A stretch of 63,982 bases of DNA, the filler included, from Phoronis australis (lineage: Eukaryota; Animalia; Phoronida), in the NCBI GenBank assembly GCA_002633005.1. It is 6 parts of 6 records of this genome, joined end to end, with 100 filler letters (N's around TTAATTAATTAA, not from the genome) between each part and the next. Parts side by side here need not be neighbours in the genome. Positions count along the whole stretch, not along the records: positions 1 to 13,913 come from NMRA01000506.1; 5 more parts are not named here. One strand, given 5' to 3'. Each line of letters begins with the position of its first letter. Within the stretch, counting starts at the first letter, position 1. Both the position numbers and the translations under genes were made by a program. The notes below the pieces were generated by a model. The model ran no database searches and was not told the DNA's origin. It was given only the letters and a program-made list of their open reading frames with translations. Below are positions 1 to 12,087 of the stretch, in pieces.

Positions 1-582
1 TAGCTTAGTTTATTTAAGTCGTGTTGAAGCTGCAAAGAACATTCAGGGCTGCTCCCTGCGAAGGGGTAAAAAAGCGCCGTGTCATCTGCATAAAGGTATG
101 TGCTACATGACAGGTTATCAGGAAGGTCATTAATATAAACCAAGAAGAGAAGAGGGCCCAATACGCTACCCTGCGGTACACCTGCGTTTACAAATCCAGG
201 ATGGGATAAAATTGAAAGTACGCCATCGACACGAACACTGTATGTTCTTTCGGAGAGATATGAGGTGATCATGTTTAAAAGATTACCAGTAATGCCATAG
301 GATCGAAGTTTGTGAAGTAGAAGGTCGTGAGGGACACAGTCGAAAGCAGAAGCTATATCTAGAAAAATGGACCTGACACTCTCTCCCTTCTCAAAATGTA
401 AATGAATCTCATGTACTATTTCAACAAGTTGTGCCACGGTGCTGTTCCCACGCAAAAAACCAAATTGACGATGATAGATCAAGTTGTTTTGTTTGAGAAA
501 TGTAAGAATACTTTGAGCAATGATCTTCTCAAAGATTTTGGACAGGGTGTTAAGTAATGTTATTGGGCGATAATTTGAAATT
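1..582 (-). mobile_element. Non-LTR retrotransposon (CR1/L2-group) ORF2 reverse transcriptase fragment, running off the window start
   Basis: Minus strand translates to [18 protein letters not shown]...QFGF...[13 protein letters not shown]...[20 protein letters not shown]...LYADDT, which are canonical LINE RT motifs. Confidence 0.93.
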
Positions 583-1634
583 TAGATTCCAGTTAGATTC
601 TCACCAAATCACCAATTATAGTTAAAAATGCCAGTGAGAACTCATTGGGAATTGACCAACAGGGGCAGTCAGTTAGAAAATAGTGAGAAAATGTTATGTA
701 ACAGTGAGAATCCAGTGAGAATTTTGGTGTTTGAAAAAATCTGAGTGAGAATTGTGAGTAAGAATTTGGACTTCCTACAATTGGAGTGAGAATTCAGTGA
801 GAATTTAAGATAAACAAACACCCTGATTGGCTGTAACTGTGGAAATTTCAGTTGAACCAGATTTCTGAATTCAAACTAAAATGGCACCAGGAATGAGCAG
901 TTGGAGAAATAGCTTGAAGATTGTTGATGTTTTTCTAACAAATATTGTGAAATTACTGAACAGTTTGTCTGCTAGTCAACCAGAGGGGACCCTGGACTGA
1001 TTTTGTGTGTTAATAAGCTTAAGGTTAGTACATTTCATACATCTAGTAGAGTGCATGAAGCACGAGTATTAGACTGATGTCTTCATTCTGCGTTGCCAAC
1101 TGAGTTTTCAGTATTTTGGTGATTCACCAAAGGCATTCTTGTTTTTAGTTTATGTCTGCTTAATATTTCACAATTTGCAATTAAATTGTATCCTTATTCA
1201 AATTTTAAGATAAACTCACAAAAACAAGCAGTGTTTTGGTTACCAAAAAAGCTTTGATTTCTCATCTATTCAGTCAGTGGCTGAAAAGGCACATTCGCAA
1301 AATTTTCTAAGTTCAAAAATATCACCCAGTGAGAATTTCACTCCGTGAGAATTTCAGTAACACAAATTCTCACTAATTTGCATAGCATTCCTACTGACTG
1401 AATATTTCAGTAAAAAACAAATTCTTACTGAGTGGGAATGCTCTGCAAATTAGTTAGATTCTCACTGAATTCTAAGTGGAATATCATTGTATTCTCACTA
1501 GAGTGAGAATTTTTTTCTCACTAATTTAAATGGCATCTTAATTATAGTTAGATTTTAATTGGAATCGAACTGGAATCCAGTGAGATTCTCACTGGCTTTT
1601 GTGATTAGAATTTCCTGAAGCTTTTTCATAAGGG
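583..1634. mobile_element. Non-autonomous DNA transposon (CMC/EnSpm-like) with many subterminal AGTGAGAAT/ATTCTCACT repeats; left end truncated
   Basis: Dense AGTGAGAA motifs on the left and ATTCTCACT on the right; GATTCCAGTTAGATTC (~585) is mirrored by GAATCGAACTGGAATC (~1562); right terminus TTTTTCATAAGGG. Confidence 0.5.
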
Positions 1635-1635
1635 A

Positions 1636-2015
1636 TTTATTTGATTGTTTTCCACTTAAGCTGTTGCAACGAACAATGTGAATGTTGGGTGACTACCAGA
1701 TTTTGCATGCACCCTCACCGGTCCGTTAGCTTTACATGTTGATGTAGATTAAGTTTTTCAACGAGGTGACGAGCATAAGTCAACTATACCCGGGTAATTC
1801 AGGGGTATTCGGGGTTAACGAAGCTCAACACATGCAGTGGTACAAGTCTTCATGCACCTGGAACCATTTTTATGCTTTATCATTATATAGTTAAAACCGA
1901 GCTGAGGAGCTAGAAGCCTGACTCAAGGGTATAGCAGTGTGACCCAGTGGGACTCAAACCAATGTCCTCAGGTAAAGAAAGCGAGCACCTATCACACTAG
2001 GCCACACTGTCCCCT
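1636..2015 (-). mobile_element. tRNA-derived SINE
   Basis: Minus strand has an A-box-like TGGCCTAGTG, a B-box-like GGTTTGAGTCCC, a CORE-like CCCTTGAGTCAGGC and an AAACAATCAAATAAA tail; its 3' half recurs at 22968-23200. Confidence 0.6.
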
Positions 2016-2089
2016 CTTGTGATTAAGTGGCTATACACCATGTTCTGGTGTCAAAACGACTTCCTTATCATAGCAATGACTACAATAAT

Positions 2090-2990
2090 GATACAATAAT
2101 AATAATAATTAAACTTTATTAATAAGGAATAGGATCCAATACAATTTAAAACATGATTTAGCCAAACCCTATTATGGAGTATGGTTCTCTTAGAGCAATA
2201 AATTAAATTAAATTAAGACATTAAACTAAATTAAATTGATATTTACAAATTAAATTTATAAATTGAATTAAAATTAACAATAAATTAAAACTCCTATGTG
2301 ATATATACAATGAATTCTATGGTGGACAAAGACTGAGGGACAACTATGATGACAACATGCACAAGTAAGTGATGAGTTTGTGCCTGAAGTCATCAAAACC
2401 ATCCGACCAGCTTCAGGCTATGTAGTAAATCGTTCCATTCTCCAGTGGCTTGAATAAAAAAGGACTTGGATTATAACAAAGGTCTGTGTCTGGGGACAAC
2501 AAAATTGTTTGAGGAAGATATTTCTGGTCCTAATGTGGTGACTGTTTTGAATGAGTAATGTGTTACAAGGTAAATATTTGTCTAAAGGCAGCCACCCCAG
2601 TCTGCTAAATATATGAATTGATGGAGTGTCAAAAGGCACACCGGAAATAAGTCTGGCCGCCTGCTTCTGAGCTTTCAATAGACGGGTAACCAAATTCGCA
2701 TTGCATCCTGGCCACACAGTACTACAATAAATGAAGAGAGGAAATACACAGACTCTGAAATATTTCAGACGCCCTTCTGTGGGAAGAAGTGGTGACATTC
2801 ATTGGAAAAGATCAAGATGCTGTCTAATTTGGGACACAGTCCCACGAATATGAATAGACCAGCTAAGGGTTTTGTCAACAGTGACACCCAATAACTTTTT
2901 GCTGTCAACCTATTTGAGCTGAGCACCCGAAATAGCCAGATTAAGTTCAAGGTTACTTCTAACGTTAGGTTGATCTGAGCCAATACTGCT
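2090..2990 (-). mobile_element. 3' fragment of a CR1/L2/Crack-type LINE (frameshifted ORF2 C-terminus and AT-rich tail)
   Basis: ORF 2418-2798 contains YCSTVW...LLKAQKQAARLI...TPSIHIFSRLGWLPL, typical of the post-RT region; AATAAA and (TTA)n-like tail near 2100-2120 on the minus strand. Confidence 0.8.
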
Positions 2991-3538
2991 ACTTTTTGTG
3001 TTTTTTTTTTCGTGTTGTTATCCTGTTATCCCACTAACAATGTTACTGCTTTGGCAGCTGAAACTAACCCACCGTGACTCGTAACGTAAAATGACTGGAG
3101 CAATCTTATGCAGCCGCACTGCAGGTTATATACCAGATACCCTAGGCTCATGCTATATGGGCAACAAAAATGAAAAATAATATTTTGGTCTCTATTCTTA
3201 GTGGAAAAACTTTTACTGAATTAACGAGAAGTGTGAATGACGCTGATACTTACTAACTCTTCAAAATATAAATATCTTGGACTGATTGGAGAACTTATTT
3301 CAGCAGCAACATCTGTGAGCTTTAATTGCAGAGAGCTGCATTCAGAGCGGAAGACATTTCAATATGAAGCAACTGGTGTTAGATGTGTCATTCAAAAGCC
3401 CAGTACATCTTAATTTGGGTAATGACATCATGAACTTTTTGTACCAAGAGAGTTATCTTATCATGTATGCAAGGGACCCAACTCTAAATTTGATACACAA
3501 AACTATCATTATTCAACACTGTTCATTCAATGTTTCAG

Positions 3539-3714
3539 ATGGAGCAAAGGACCATTCACAGAATGACTGCTTTGCTTGTGCAATACTTTCCCATGGGGAG
3601 GAGAATGTTGTGTACGGCGTCGACGGCACTCTCAAAATAGAGGATCTCACTAACCCCTTCAAAGGAAACGACTGCAAGTCTTTGGTTGGAAAGCCAAAAA
3701 TTTTCCTTGTGCAG
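3539..3714 (+). CDS. Caspase-3/7-like effector caspase, p20 exon with catalytic His
   Basis: ttcag acceptor and gtact donor; encodes DHSQNDCFACAILSHGEENVVYGVDG...CKSLVGKPKIFLVQ. Upstream exons are not in the window. Confidence 0.93.
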
Positions 3715-4142
3715 GTACTTCCAACTGTATTATGGTAGTTTTCACATGACAATGACGTGTATATCCTTTGAAATTTTGGGGTAAGAGTTGTTTTGTGTTT
3801 CTTTTCTGTCATTTCTTGTCTCAATTTTGTTCACTTTAATAAAATTAATTGACCTATTTCTTCATTATTTGAGGATGAGAGTTGTTATTTTTGAAAGCAC
3901 AACATTGAGAATTTTTATGTCTCTTTTTCAAAGCTCAAATCACTTCTCTTTTTACCTGATTGAGTCACCTCCACAGGTAATTCATGGTGTAACAGACCCA
4001 TGGGATTACCAGCTACCTGAATGCATGGTTTTATACTTCTCATTGGGTGAAGTATTGTTTCCTGAGCGCCACTTAGTGACGGTTCAGCTACTCATGGCAT
4101 GCATTGTAGACTAAATGCGTTTCATTTCTTGATATCTGACAG

Positions 4143-4266
4143 GCCTGCCGAGGTACGCTGCTCGATCATGGTGCGGATAAGGCTGATGCTGCGATGGAGG
4201 TGGATACCCCAATTGAACGAATACCAACGGAAGCTGACTTCCTTATGGGTTGCTTTGTAGTTCCAG
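4143..4266 (+). CDS. Caspase-3/7-like, exon with catalytic Cys and intersubunit linker
   Basis: gacag acceptor; encodes ACRGTLLDHGADKADAAMEVDTPIERIPTEADFLMGCFVVP(G), completing QACRG across the splice; gtag donor, phase 1. Confidence 0.93.
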
Positions 4267-4607
4267 GTAGAGTGTGATCTCCTTGATTTATTGGGTCCTA
4301 TTGATTGTTTCTGTTTGGGAAGACTTTTGTAATATTCTGTTTGAAAAAGGGAATACGGTGAGTTAAAAGAAGTGTTGTGTGCATTTTCATGTGATACCAA
4401 GTTCATAAATATATTCACTGTAGAAATTTTCACTTTCTCTTGCTCATTTCGAACATCAATAGAGTTTTTCTACGTGGTAGCGCATTTTTTGCAACCTTTC
4501 ATGTGTTGTGTAACGTAATCTAATACTTAATTACAATTTTGTATACGTACTTTTATACCACAATATTAGCGTCAAATGGCAGATAAAACCGTGTAATAAC
4601 CCATAAA

Positions 4608-4712
4608 GTTATCTCACTAGTGAGATAACGATTTGGCGGGAAACCCAGGGCGGAGTCGAACCCGGGACCTTGGTAGTGCTGATCGCCGACTTTAACCACT
4701 ACACCACGCAGC
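4608..4712 (-). repeat. tRNA-like Pol III A/B-box sequence next to a 22-bp palindrome in a caspase intron (repeat-derived, not a true tRNA)
   Basis: Minus strand has TGGTGTAGTGG and GGTTCGACTCC but the acceptor stem does not pair; palindrome GTTATCTCACTAGTGAGATAAC at 4608-4629. Confidence 0.5.
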
Positions 4713-5426
4713 GACTGACGTCATCAAGAGTGAAAATAGAATACTTAAATGAGCACGCGCAATAATCGCACGTTCAACAAACCGCATTGTACTGTACTTA
4801 TACGCTACGAAAAATAAGACACATAATTTCCATAAAAATGATATCTTAATTCAGTGAAATTTTTCTCTCATGTCCTCTTACTTGTAAATCATCGATCTCC
4901 AGTTTGAATGCGGNGCAACTTGCATGCTAATTCCTTATCTCTGTGATTGCTTGGCCAAGTTAGTTAGAATACACAACATATAGCGACGATGTGAATATGA
5001 AGTAGGTTAGAAATTTGGAAATGTTTTGAAGAACGAGTTTTATATGTTTTGTTAAAATAGCATTGTTGTTGAGTTCCTGCTCTGAACATTAGCAGTAAGA
5101 GCATGCATCACCACCATGGACAATTCCATCGTGGCACTTTCATAATGGCTGACGTATACAAACTTTACATAAACAAATACTAGTCTGTAAAACTTTCAAC
5201 ACTTTTATATAGAATTGCACATGTGGGGAGACAGAGGGAAAACTGTTTTGTACACTCTGGTGAAATGGCTATAAGAGAACGATCCCTATATGAGTCTACT
5301 TGTAGTATACAGTATTTCTAATGAAGGATCTGCCAACCTCCATGGTCACCTTGCAAGAGTTTGCAATTTGATCTCCAGCAACTTATGTGGTAGTGATGAT
5401 TTCAGTGTTTACTCTATACACTTCAG

Positions 5427-5653
5427 GATATTTTTCTTGGCGGAATTCCACTAGAGGGTCCTGGTTTGTTCAAGCAATCTGTGACGTGTTCGACCAATAT
5501 GCGGAGCAACTTGACGAGTACGACATGCTCAAATTGATGACGAGGGTTAACAAAAAGGTTGCCTACGATTTCGAATCCAACAAGAAGAAACAAGTGCCAT
5601 GCATCACCTCTATGTTGACAAAGGACTTGTATTTTAGACTAAAAACTAACTAG
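5427..5653 (+). CDS. Caspase-3/7-like, terminal p10 exon
   Basis: ttcag acceptor in matching phase; [19 protein letters not shown]...[10 protein letters not shown]...[17 protein letters not shown], ending at TAG. Confidence 0.93.
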
Positions 5654-5930
5654 ATGCGAATCATCTTTTAGCTCACTTGCTTGGACAATACTGTCAGCAA
5701 TGGGGACCAAGAGAAAGGGAGACAATTTCATGGCCTAAGCACACGCAATGACACCTACTACTAAACACCTATGCACTAAAATAACTGAAATCTTGATACA
5801 TGATTTCAATCACATCTGCAGTACTTTGAGTACCTTAAGGTAACTGTGAACATTGTTTACCAGTTGTACTTATATGCAGTTATCTTTAATTTCGTTAACT
5901 CTAACCCCTACAAAGTATATATTTTCTGAC

Positions 5931-6410
5931 AGGTTTATAAATTTCCTAACAAAATTTATTATGTTTTTAAACTTGTCTTTATTTTGTCTTGGGATATGCG
6001 TTTTTAGTAAAAAAAATTGACTTTGAACAGAGATTTTAAATTTATTGTTCCTCCAATCATATTGGTCTTTTGTCAACATGTTGATAACTGCATTTTCGAG
6101 TGAACTGTGTCTCAGTTTTTTTAAATAGGTTTTAGTTTTTCGGAATGAATCAAGTGTGCGGCCGTTTTTGCTCAAAATGCTCTAAAATGTTGATAATTAA
6201 AAAACTAAAACATATTTCAAACATCTGAGTCTCTGTTCTTGCGAGAATGCTGTTATCACCATGTTGACAAAAGACCAATATAGTTGGAGGAACGATATTT
6301 TTAAAATCTTTGTACAAAGTAATTTTTTTTTATTTAAAAACGCATATCCCGTGAAAACGTTAGCACAAGTAAATGAAAATAATAAATTTTGTTAGGAGAT
6401 TTATTCACCT
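5931..6410. repeat. Imperfect long inverted repeat (foldback/MITE) downstream of the caspase stop
   Basis: Arms ~5931-6140 and ~6200-6410, e.g. TATTGGTCTTTTGTCAACATG vs CATGTTGACAAAAGACCAATA and GGGATATGCGTTTTTA vs TAAAAACGCATATCCC. Confidence 0.8.
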
Positions 6411-8850
6411 TTTTGTAATTCAAGCTTAACTCATAAACCACAAGAGCTGCTTCTAGAGATTAACAAAAATACACGTCATTAAAACACGAATAAATTCAGA
6501 AAATTCTTGACTGCATCCCCCCCCCACCCTGTGGGATTCCCCGTTTCCCATGGTCCCCAGGCTCCCTATCCAGAATATGCAAACACTAATGACATAGAGA
6601 ATTGCTCGTAATATTCTCTTTTGATAAACATGACAAATTCGTTGGTCTAGGGATTTTCATGTTTATATATCTACGAATATTGACTGATTCATAAATAATT
6701 TTTTGACAATTAGAAGTTAATTTTGAAAGATTTGAAAACACTTCTGTGACCTTAGTTGCAGGCTGAAGTTGTGAAAATCTCTAACATCCGATCCACAATT
6801 AATAGCAACGTACACTAGACAACTTTTGCCTTTTTGAAATAACTCTCACGACTGACTCGGAGGGTATTGATGAAATTCTGAGATTGCTATGTAGCTGGGT
6901 GTTCCAGAGAAGTACTCACAAATGACAATACTGGCCTTGTAACAAGAGAAGTGTTTAAAATTCACAAACAGGAGACCAAAATGGACTGTTAAGTCTTTTA
7001 ATCAAATTAAATCACAGCATTTTTCATTAACTTCGGAAGATTGTGTTGTCACTTCCCTTGGCGCTTTTTAGTTTCCTGTAGTATTGCACAATAAATTTTC
7101 TCTCTGACCAAAACTGAGTTGTTTGCTATTTCCAAGCATTCATAGCACGTAATTGTTCACCCCACATGCACTTAAAAACAAGGTGGAGGCCTAACCGTGC
7201 AGTAGGCACGGGCGCAGAATCTGGTCCACTGAAACTGAGCTCCCGGGCATTGTACTGAGGTGCTAGTACATTTTTAGAGCACACTATTTTTCATTTGTTC
7301 TCAATCACCAGAAACTGCTACCCGTGCTTGTAACGGATCCAAAGCCAGCCAGCATACCGGGAATATCGGAACTTCACGCTTTTCATAATTTATACTTTCA
7401 AACCATAACCCTAACGGGCAAATCATAATCAAGGTCCATATTCGGTGGCCGCTTATGGTGAAAATGAAGGTCGTCATATAACTGTATCATTATAAAGTAC
7501 CTTCATTCCAGGTTTGTAATCTAAGATATTTTTGCCCAAGAACCACCGAATAAAATTTTATGGCCTAATGCATCACAGTTGTATAAAAGGGTACGTACAC
7601 TACAACTTGTGGTCAAAGCCCACTTCTGCCATGCAAACATCCGTAAGGTAGCTGTTAATTTAGTAAGTTCTTGATGAAGAAGTTTCACATACCAAAGTAA
7701 GGAAAGTTATTACCGTGCTGATCTAGTTATTCTAGATGATGATACATTGCAGATATCTTAACACAGTATAATGAGAACTTCTTCTCTTGCAATATGATTC
7801 TTACGAATAGTAAATGACAAGTAACTACTTTTTTTAAAAACTTTATTGGTGCTATTTGCCAACTTTCCAATACATTTACCATTTGGTCAAAATAGTTAAA
7901 GCAATACTAGGCCCAGTGTCCCACTTACAAACAGTAAAAACTGATACTGATTGAGGGGCACGTACACTACGCACAGTCAATCAACGTCAAATTTTGACTA
8001 AGTTACAAATTTATGGGATGGTCTCGAGTTTTGTGCTGCCTCTTCTTTTTGGTTTTTTGAAAGTTGGCAACATCAGTTGTCACATGACGTGTCTTCTAGG
8101 ATGTTACTAGCCAAGTCCTGTGTGGCATTTTATTGTCCACAAATTTGATAATGTCCATTGTTTTTTGTCAGAATGGATGCACTTTTCAAATATCAGTATT
8201 GTTCATGAGAACAGCAGTATGTAAAAATACTTGTGGGCAATACTTTATAGCACAGAGGTTGGAGGTACGTACACTACACAGGGGTGCGTACAGTGTACAC
8301 TATATTTCAATGGCTTGTCAGGTTTCTGAAAAATACTTAGACTCTACTGAGAGTTAGTTCATTTACCAAATCTATTCAAAGAGAACAAATAAAAAGTACA
8401 GCATACATGTGTATATCCGTCTGTCATTCTTTGAAAATAGGCACATGTTAAAATATAGGGGCTGACCAGCGGCCAGCCTATTTCATCCAACATATTCGTA
8501 CCCGTACTTTTGCTAATTCAGTTGACTCGAGCTGCAAGCTCCGCACATCTATTCGGGTTTTTAGCCTATATAGTAGTGACTACTGTCAGCTTCCGGAATC
8601 CGCCAATATAACCACTGTCTTTAGGCCTATAAGTTCTCCGCATTTTGAGAACCAGTTTGATGCCCGTTATTTAGTGGAGAAAACCTAGGACTTTGATATT
8701 ACTCCCAGAGAAAACTAGATCTCAAAATACGGAACTTCAGTAATTGACTGTTTAAAAGTTTAACATGTTTAAGATCGGGCCATTCTTTGTTGTATTTGTC
8801 CTCCCTAGCCTCCAGCATTACAAGAAAAAAAATTAAGTATCTGTGACTGT

Positions 8851-9264
8851 CAGTGACCGCCATCTCTAGCTGGTCCCAGTAGAAAGGATGAAACTATTGG
8901 ACCCTCTCATGCTCGGAGCTTTTCAGCGAATTATGCCTCACACTGGAAACTGCTTACCAGTAAAAGTAATATCAAAAATCATGCTTGCCGACTGCGGTAA
9001 AAATAGGAGCGCGTGCAGTGAAAAAATGTTCAGTTGCCGGCTTGGGCAACTGAACAAAGGGTTATTCGAAGGAAAAGTTTGATTACGGGGGTATTTGTTC
9101 AAGATGAAAGGAAATAGTGACGTCAACGGCAACCTAATTAAGGTGTCCCTCTATGCGCTAAATGTATTTATAACAACCAGATTTTGATATTTTAATCTGT
9201 GTGAGGCATAATTAGCCGAAAAGCTTCTGTCTCTACTGGGGCCAGCTAGAGACAGTGGTCAGTG
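8851..9264. mobile_element. MITE
   Basis: Left terminus CAGTGACCGCCATCTCTAGCTGGTCCCAGTAGA matches the reverse complement of the right end, CACTGACCACTGTCTCTAGCTGGCCCCAGTAGA. Confidence 0.65.
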
Positions 9265-9445
9265 TCTAGTACCTGTATAATTTGTTAGTCTAGTTGGCTC
9301 TACAATTTTTGTCTTCTGGTGGTGAAGATATTAACATGCTGATATAGTCTCCATTTCAGTGGAGTGAAAATTTGCAAATGGTTTCAAGTCATCGAGCTCT
9401 AATCTTGCAACTGGTAACCAAACAAAGGGGCAAGAAGCTACCAAG

Positions 9446-9660
9446 CAAGTATGAAACGAATAAACGATAACGGGAATTCCTTCCAAAATGGAAGGAAGAT
9501 TTTGACTGGTTACGGCATGATAGCGACCAGAGGCAGAATAAAATGTGTTGTGTCTCGTGTGAAAAATACGCCGACGCAAATAGTTCATCTCTTGCGTCTG
9601 AGTCGGATGTGTTTAAGATCGAATCTTTGAAAAGTCACCAACACTCAACGGCTCACTCAC
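9446..9660 (+). pseudogene. hAT transposase N-terminal zinc-finger relic (ZNF862/C17orf113/TTF-like)
   Basis: KYETNKR*REFLPKWKEDFDWLRH...MCCVSCEK...FKIESLKSHQHSTAH: W..F.WL, CxxC and H...H pattern, with an in-frame stop. Confidence 0.7.
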
Positions 9661-10114
9661 AGCTTATAAAAAACGTTTTTACTGACTTGAAAAGCCAAGG
9701 TAAAGTTTACCGTGTACTATTTCATACACTGGACCAGTGTTCTCCACACGTCGCACACGTAAAAACTGCAACAAACATGCCGGAACCGCGAGGCGGTCAA
9801 CGTTCTCCATATTAGGCAAGTGTGCATCTTATTTTTACTCACGAACTTCAACAGTAATGCACAATAGTGCAAACAGAAAAATCTGTTTGCTCAACTTTTT
9901 ATTTTTAAAGGTGAACTTATTTACAAACATATGACATAACCATTTGTTTAGTCAATGATTTGAAATGAAAGTCTATACAGATGTATGTGAAACAGAACAA
10001 GGAAATATTTTAATTAATACTTGTGATGTCAACGTGGACTAAGTTCAAAAAGCATAACACAGACATAAACTTTTCCCACAGTCCAAGTGAAGTGTCTTTG
10101 TAAAGCCAGTTGCA

Positions 10115-11840
10115 TTTTTATGCGCCCACATATTTATATATGGACGCATTATGCCGTCATCTCCGTCCGTCCGTCCGTCCGTCCGTCCGTCCGGCGTCCG
10201 CTGCTCTATCTCTAAAACCCTTTGACTTACGTTCATGAAATTTGGCACATATGTTCCATTCATAAATGGGACGTCATGAGCGAACTTTTGGACAGATCCG
10301 ACTACCGTTGTGCCCCCTAGTGGCGATTTTAGTTTTTTACGCTTTTGTATCTTCAAAAGTCCTGAACGGATTTTCATGAAATTCGGTATATAGGCACCTA
10401 TTAGTGAGATGACGCTATCCTTCCGTTTTCGGATGGATTCGACGTAGTTTGCGCCACCTAGTGGCCATTTTTACTGTTTTCGAGTCTATTTTTGCGTCCA
10501 CCCCTCTATCAACCAAACTCAGTGCTCAACGGATGATTGTGAAAATTGGCATATATGTGCTTACTATGAAGATGACGGTTGCCGATGATTTTCCGACGAT
10601 TTCGACTACTGTGGCGCCTCCTAGTGGCAATTTTATTTTGTTTTTGCGCCTCTCCTAAACCGTTCGCAGGATCTTTACGAAATTTAGTAAGTACATTTAT
10701 ATGATGTTAACGATAGACGATGATGACTTTTGGACAGATCCGACTACCGGTGTGCCCTCTAGTGGAAATTTTACTTTTTTTTACTTTTACCTTTGTATCT
10801 TCAAAAGTCCTTAACGGATTTTCATGAAATTTAATATGTAGTCACCTATTAGTGAGTTGACGCTATCCTCCCGTTTTCGGATGGATTCGGCGTAGTTTGC
10901 GCCACCAAGTGGCCATTTTTACTGTTTTAGAGTCTGTTTTTTGCGTCCACCCCTCTATCAACCAAACCGCTCAAAGGATGATTGTGAAAATCGGCATGTA
11001 TGTGCTTACTATAAAGAGGACGGTTGACGATTTCGACTACTGTGGCGCCTCCTAGTGGCAGTTTTGTTTTGTTGCGCTTATGGCTGTATCTCCTAAACCG
11101 TTCGTAGCATCTTTACTTAATTTAGCAAGTGTATTTATATGATGTTGACTACGAATGACGACGACTTTCGGACAGATCTGACTACTGCTGTGCTCCCTAT
11201 TGGTAATTTTATTTTTTTTTTACGTTTAACTCAGTATCTTCAAAGGTCCTCAACAGATTTTCATAAAATTTTAAATATAGACATCTATTGGTGTGATGAC
11301 GCTATCTTTCTGTTTTTGGATGGAACCGAGGTATTTTTCACCACCTAGTGGCCATTTTTTTGCTGTTTTCAAGTCTTGTTTTTGGTGTCCACCCCTGTAT
11401 CAACCAAATCATTTGAAAATTGGCATATATGTTCTCAGTGTGAAGATGACCTTCTGATGATGGCGGGTGACTACTGTGGCGCCTCCTAGTGGTAGTTGTT
11501 GTTTTGTGCCCAGAGTTGTATCTCCTAAACCCACTGCAGAATCTTTACTAAATTTAGTAAGTGTATTTATGTGAAGATAACAACAGACGATGACGACTTT
11601 CAGGCGGATCCAACGGACACTGTGACCACTAGTGGCAATTTCATTTTATTCTGTTTTCCTTTGTTTCTCTGAAGTTCCTTGACAGATTTTTATGAAACAT
11701 GGCATGTTCCTGTTTTTGACTGGATTGTAAGTTTCTGCGGCATCTAGTGGCCCTTTTTATGATACAAATAAATAACCGTAAAAGCACACCATTTGCAATG
11801 CATTTGTGGGCGCATTTCAACGCTCCGCGTTGCTCTTGTT
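10115..11840 (+). mobile_element. Helentron-associated non-autonomous element (DINE-1/HINE type) with internal tandem repeats
   Basis: T-run then subTIR ATGCGCCCACA (10120), partial inverted copy GGACGCAT, (CCGT)n microsatellite, central ~440-bp repeats rich in CCTAGTGG, 3' subTIR TGTGGGCGCAT (~11805) and hairpin CAACGC-TCC-GCGTTG before CTCTTGTT. Confidence 0.85.
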
Positions 11841-12087
11841 ATGTCTATGTCTTGATAGCCGAGTCTATATTTCAATTCTCTCGGTATTATGTCTTGCACA
11901 GTATTCTTATAGTCAATACACCAGCCCGCATTGTCTGTCTGAATTCGATGTTGTGAAGTTGGTACAACATTAAACTTCAGCACTACCAGAACTCTTGTAA
12001 AAACTGCACAATACGCGAGTCTTCCATTAAAACGACTCACGTGCGTTTTTCCTTTACTTAGCACTCGGATGGAAGGTGTTAGACCTG

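Noticed and set aside
4640-4712. Functional tRNA genes (also ~1940-2015, 20765-20825 and 25360-25410)
   Set aside because: A/B boxes are present, but I could not form a paired acceptor stem or cloverleaf; they look repeat-derived.
6680-6820. Similarity to 38490-38600 and 38845-38990 (TTTGACAATTAGAAG)
   Set aside because: It is an old diverged dispersed repeat; boundaries and class could not be defined.
7589-8300. Recurrent GG(T/C)ACGTACACTAC motif (3-4 copies)
   Set aside because: Probably subterminal repeats of a decayed transposon; no termini or TSD could be established.
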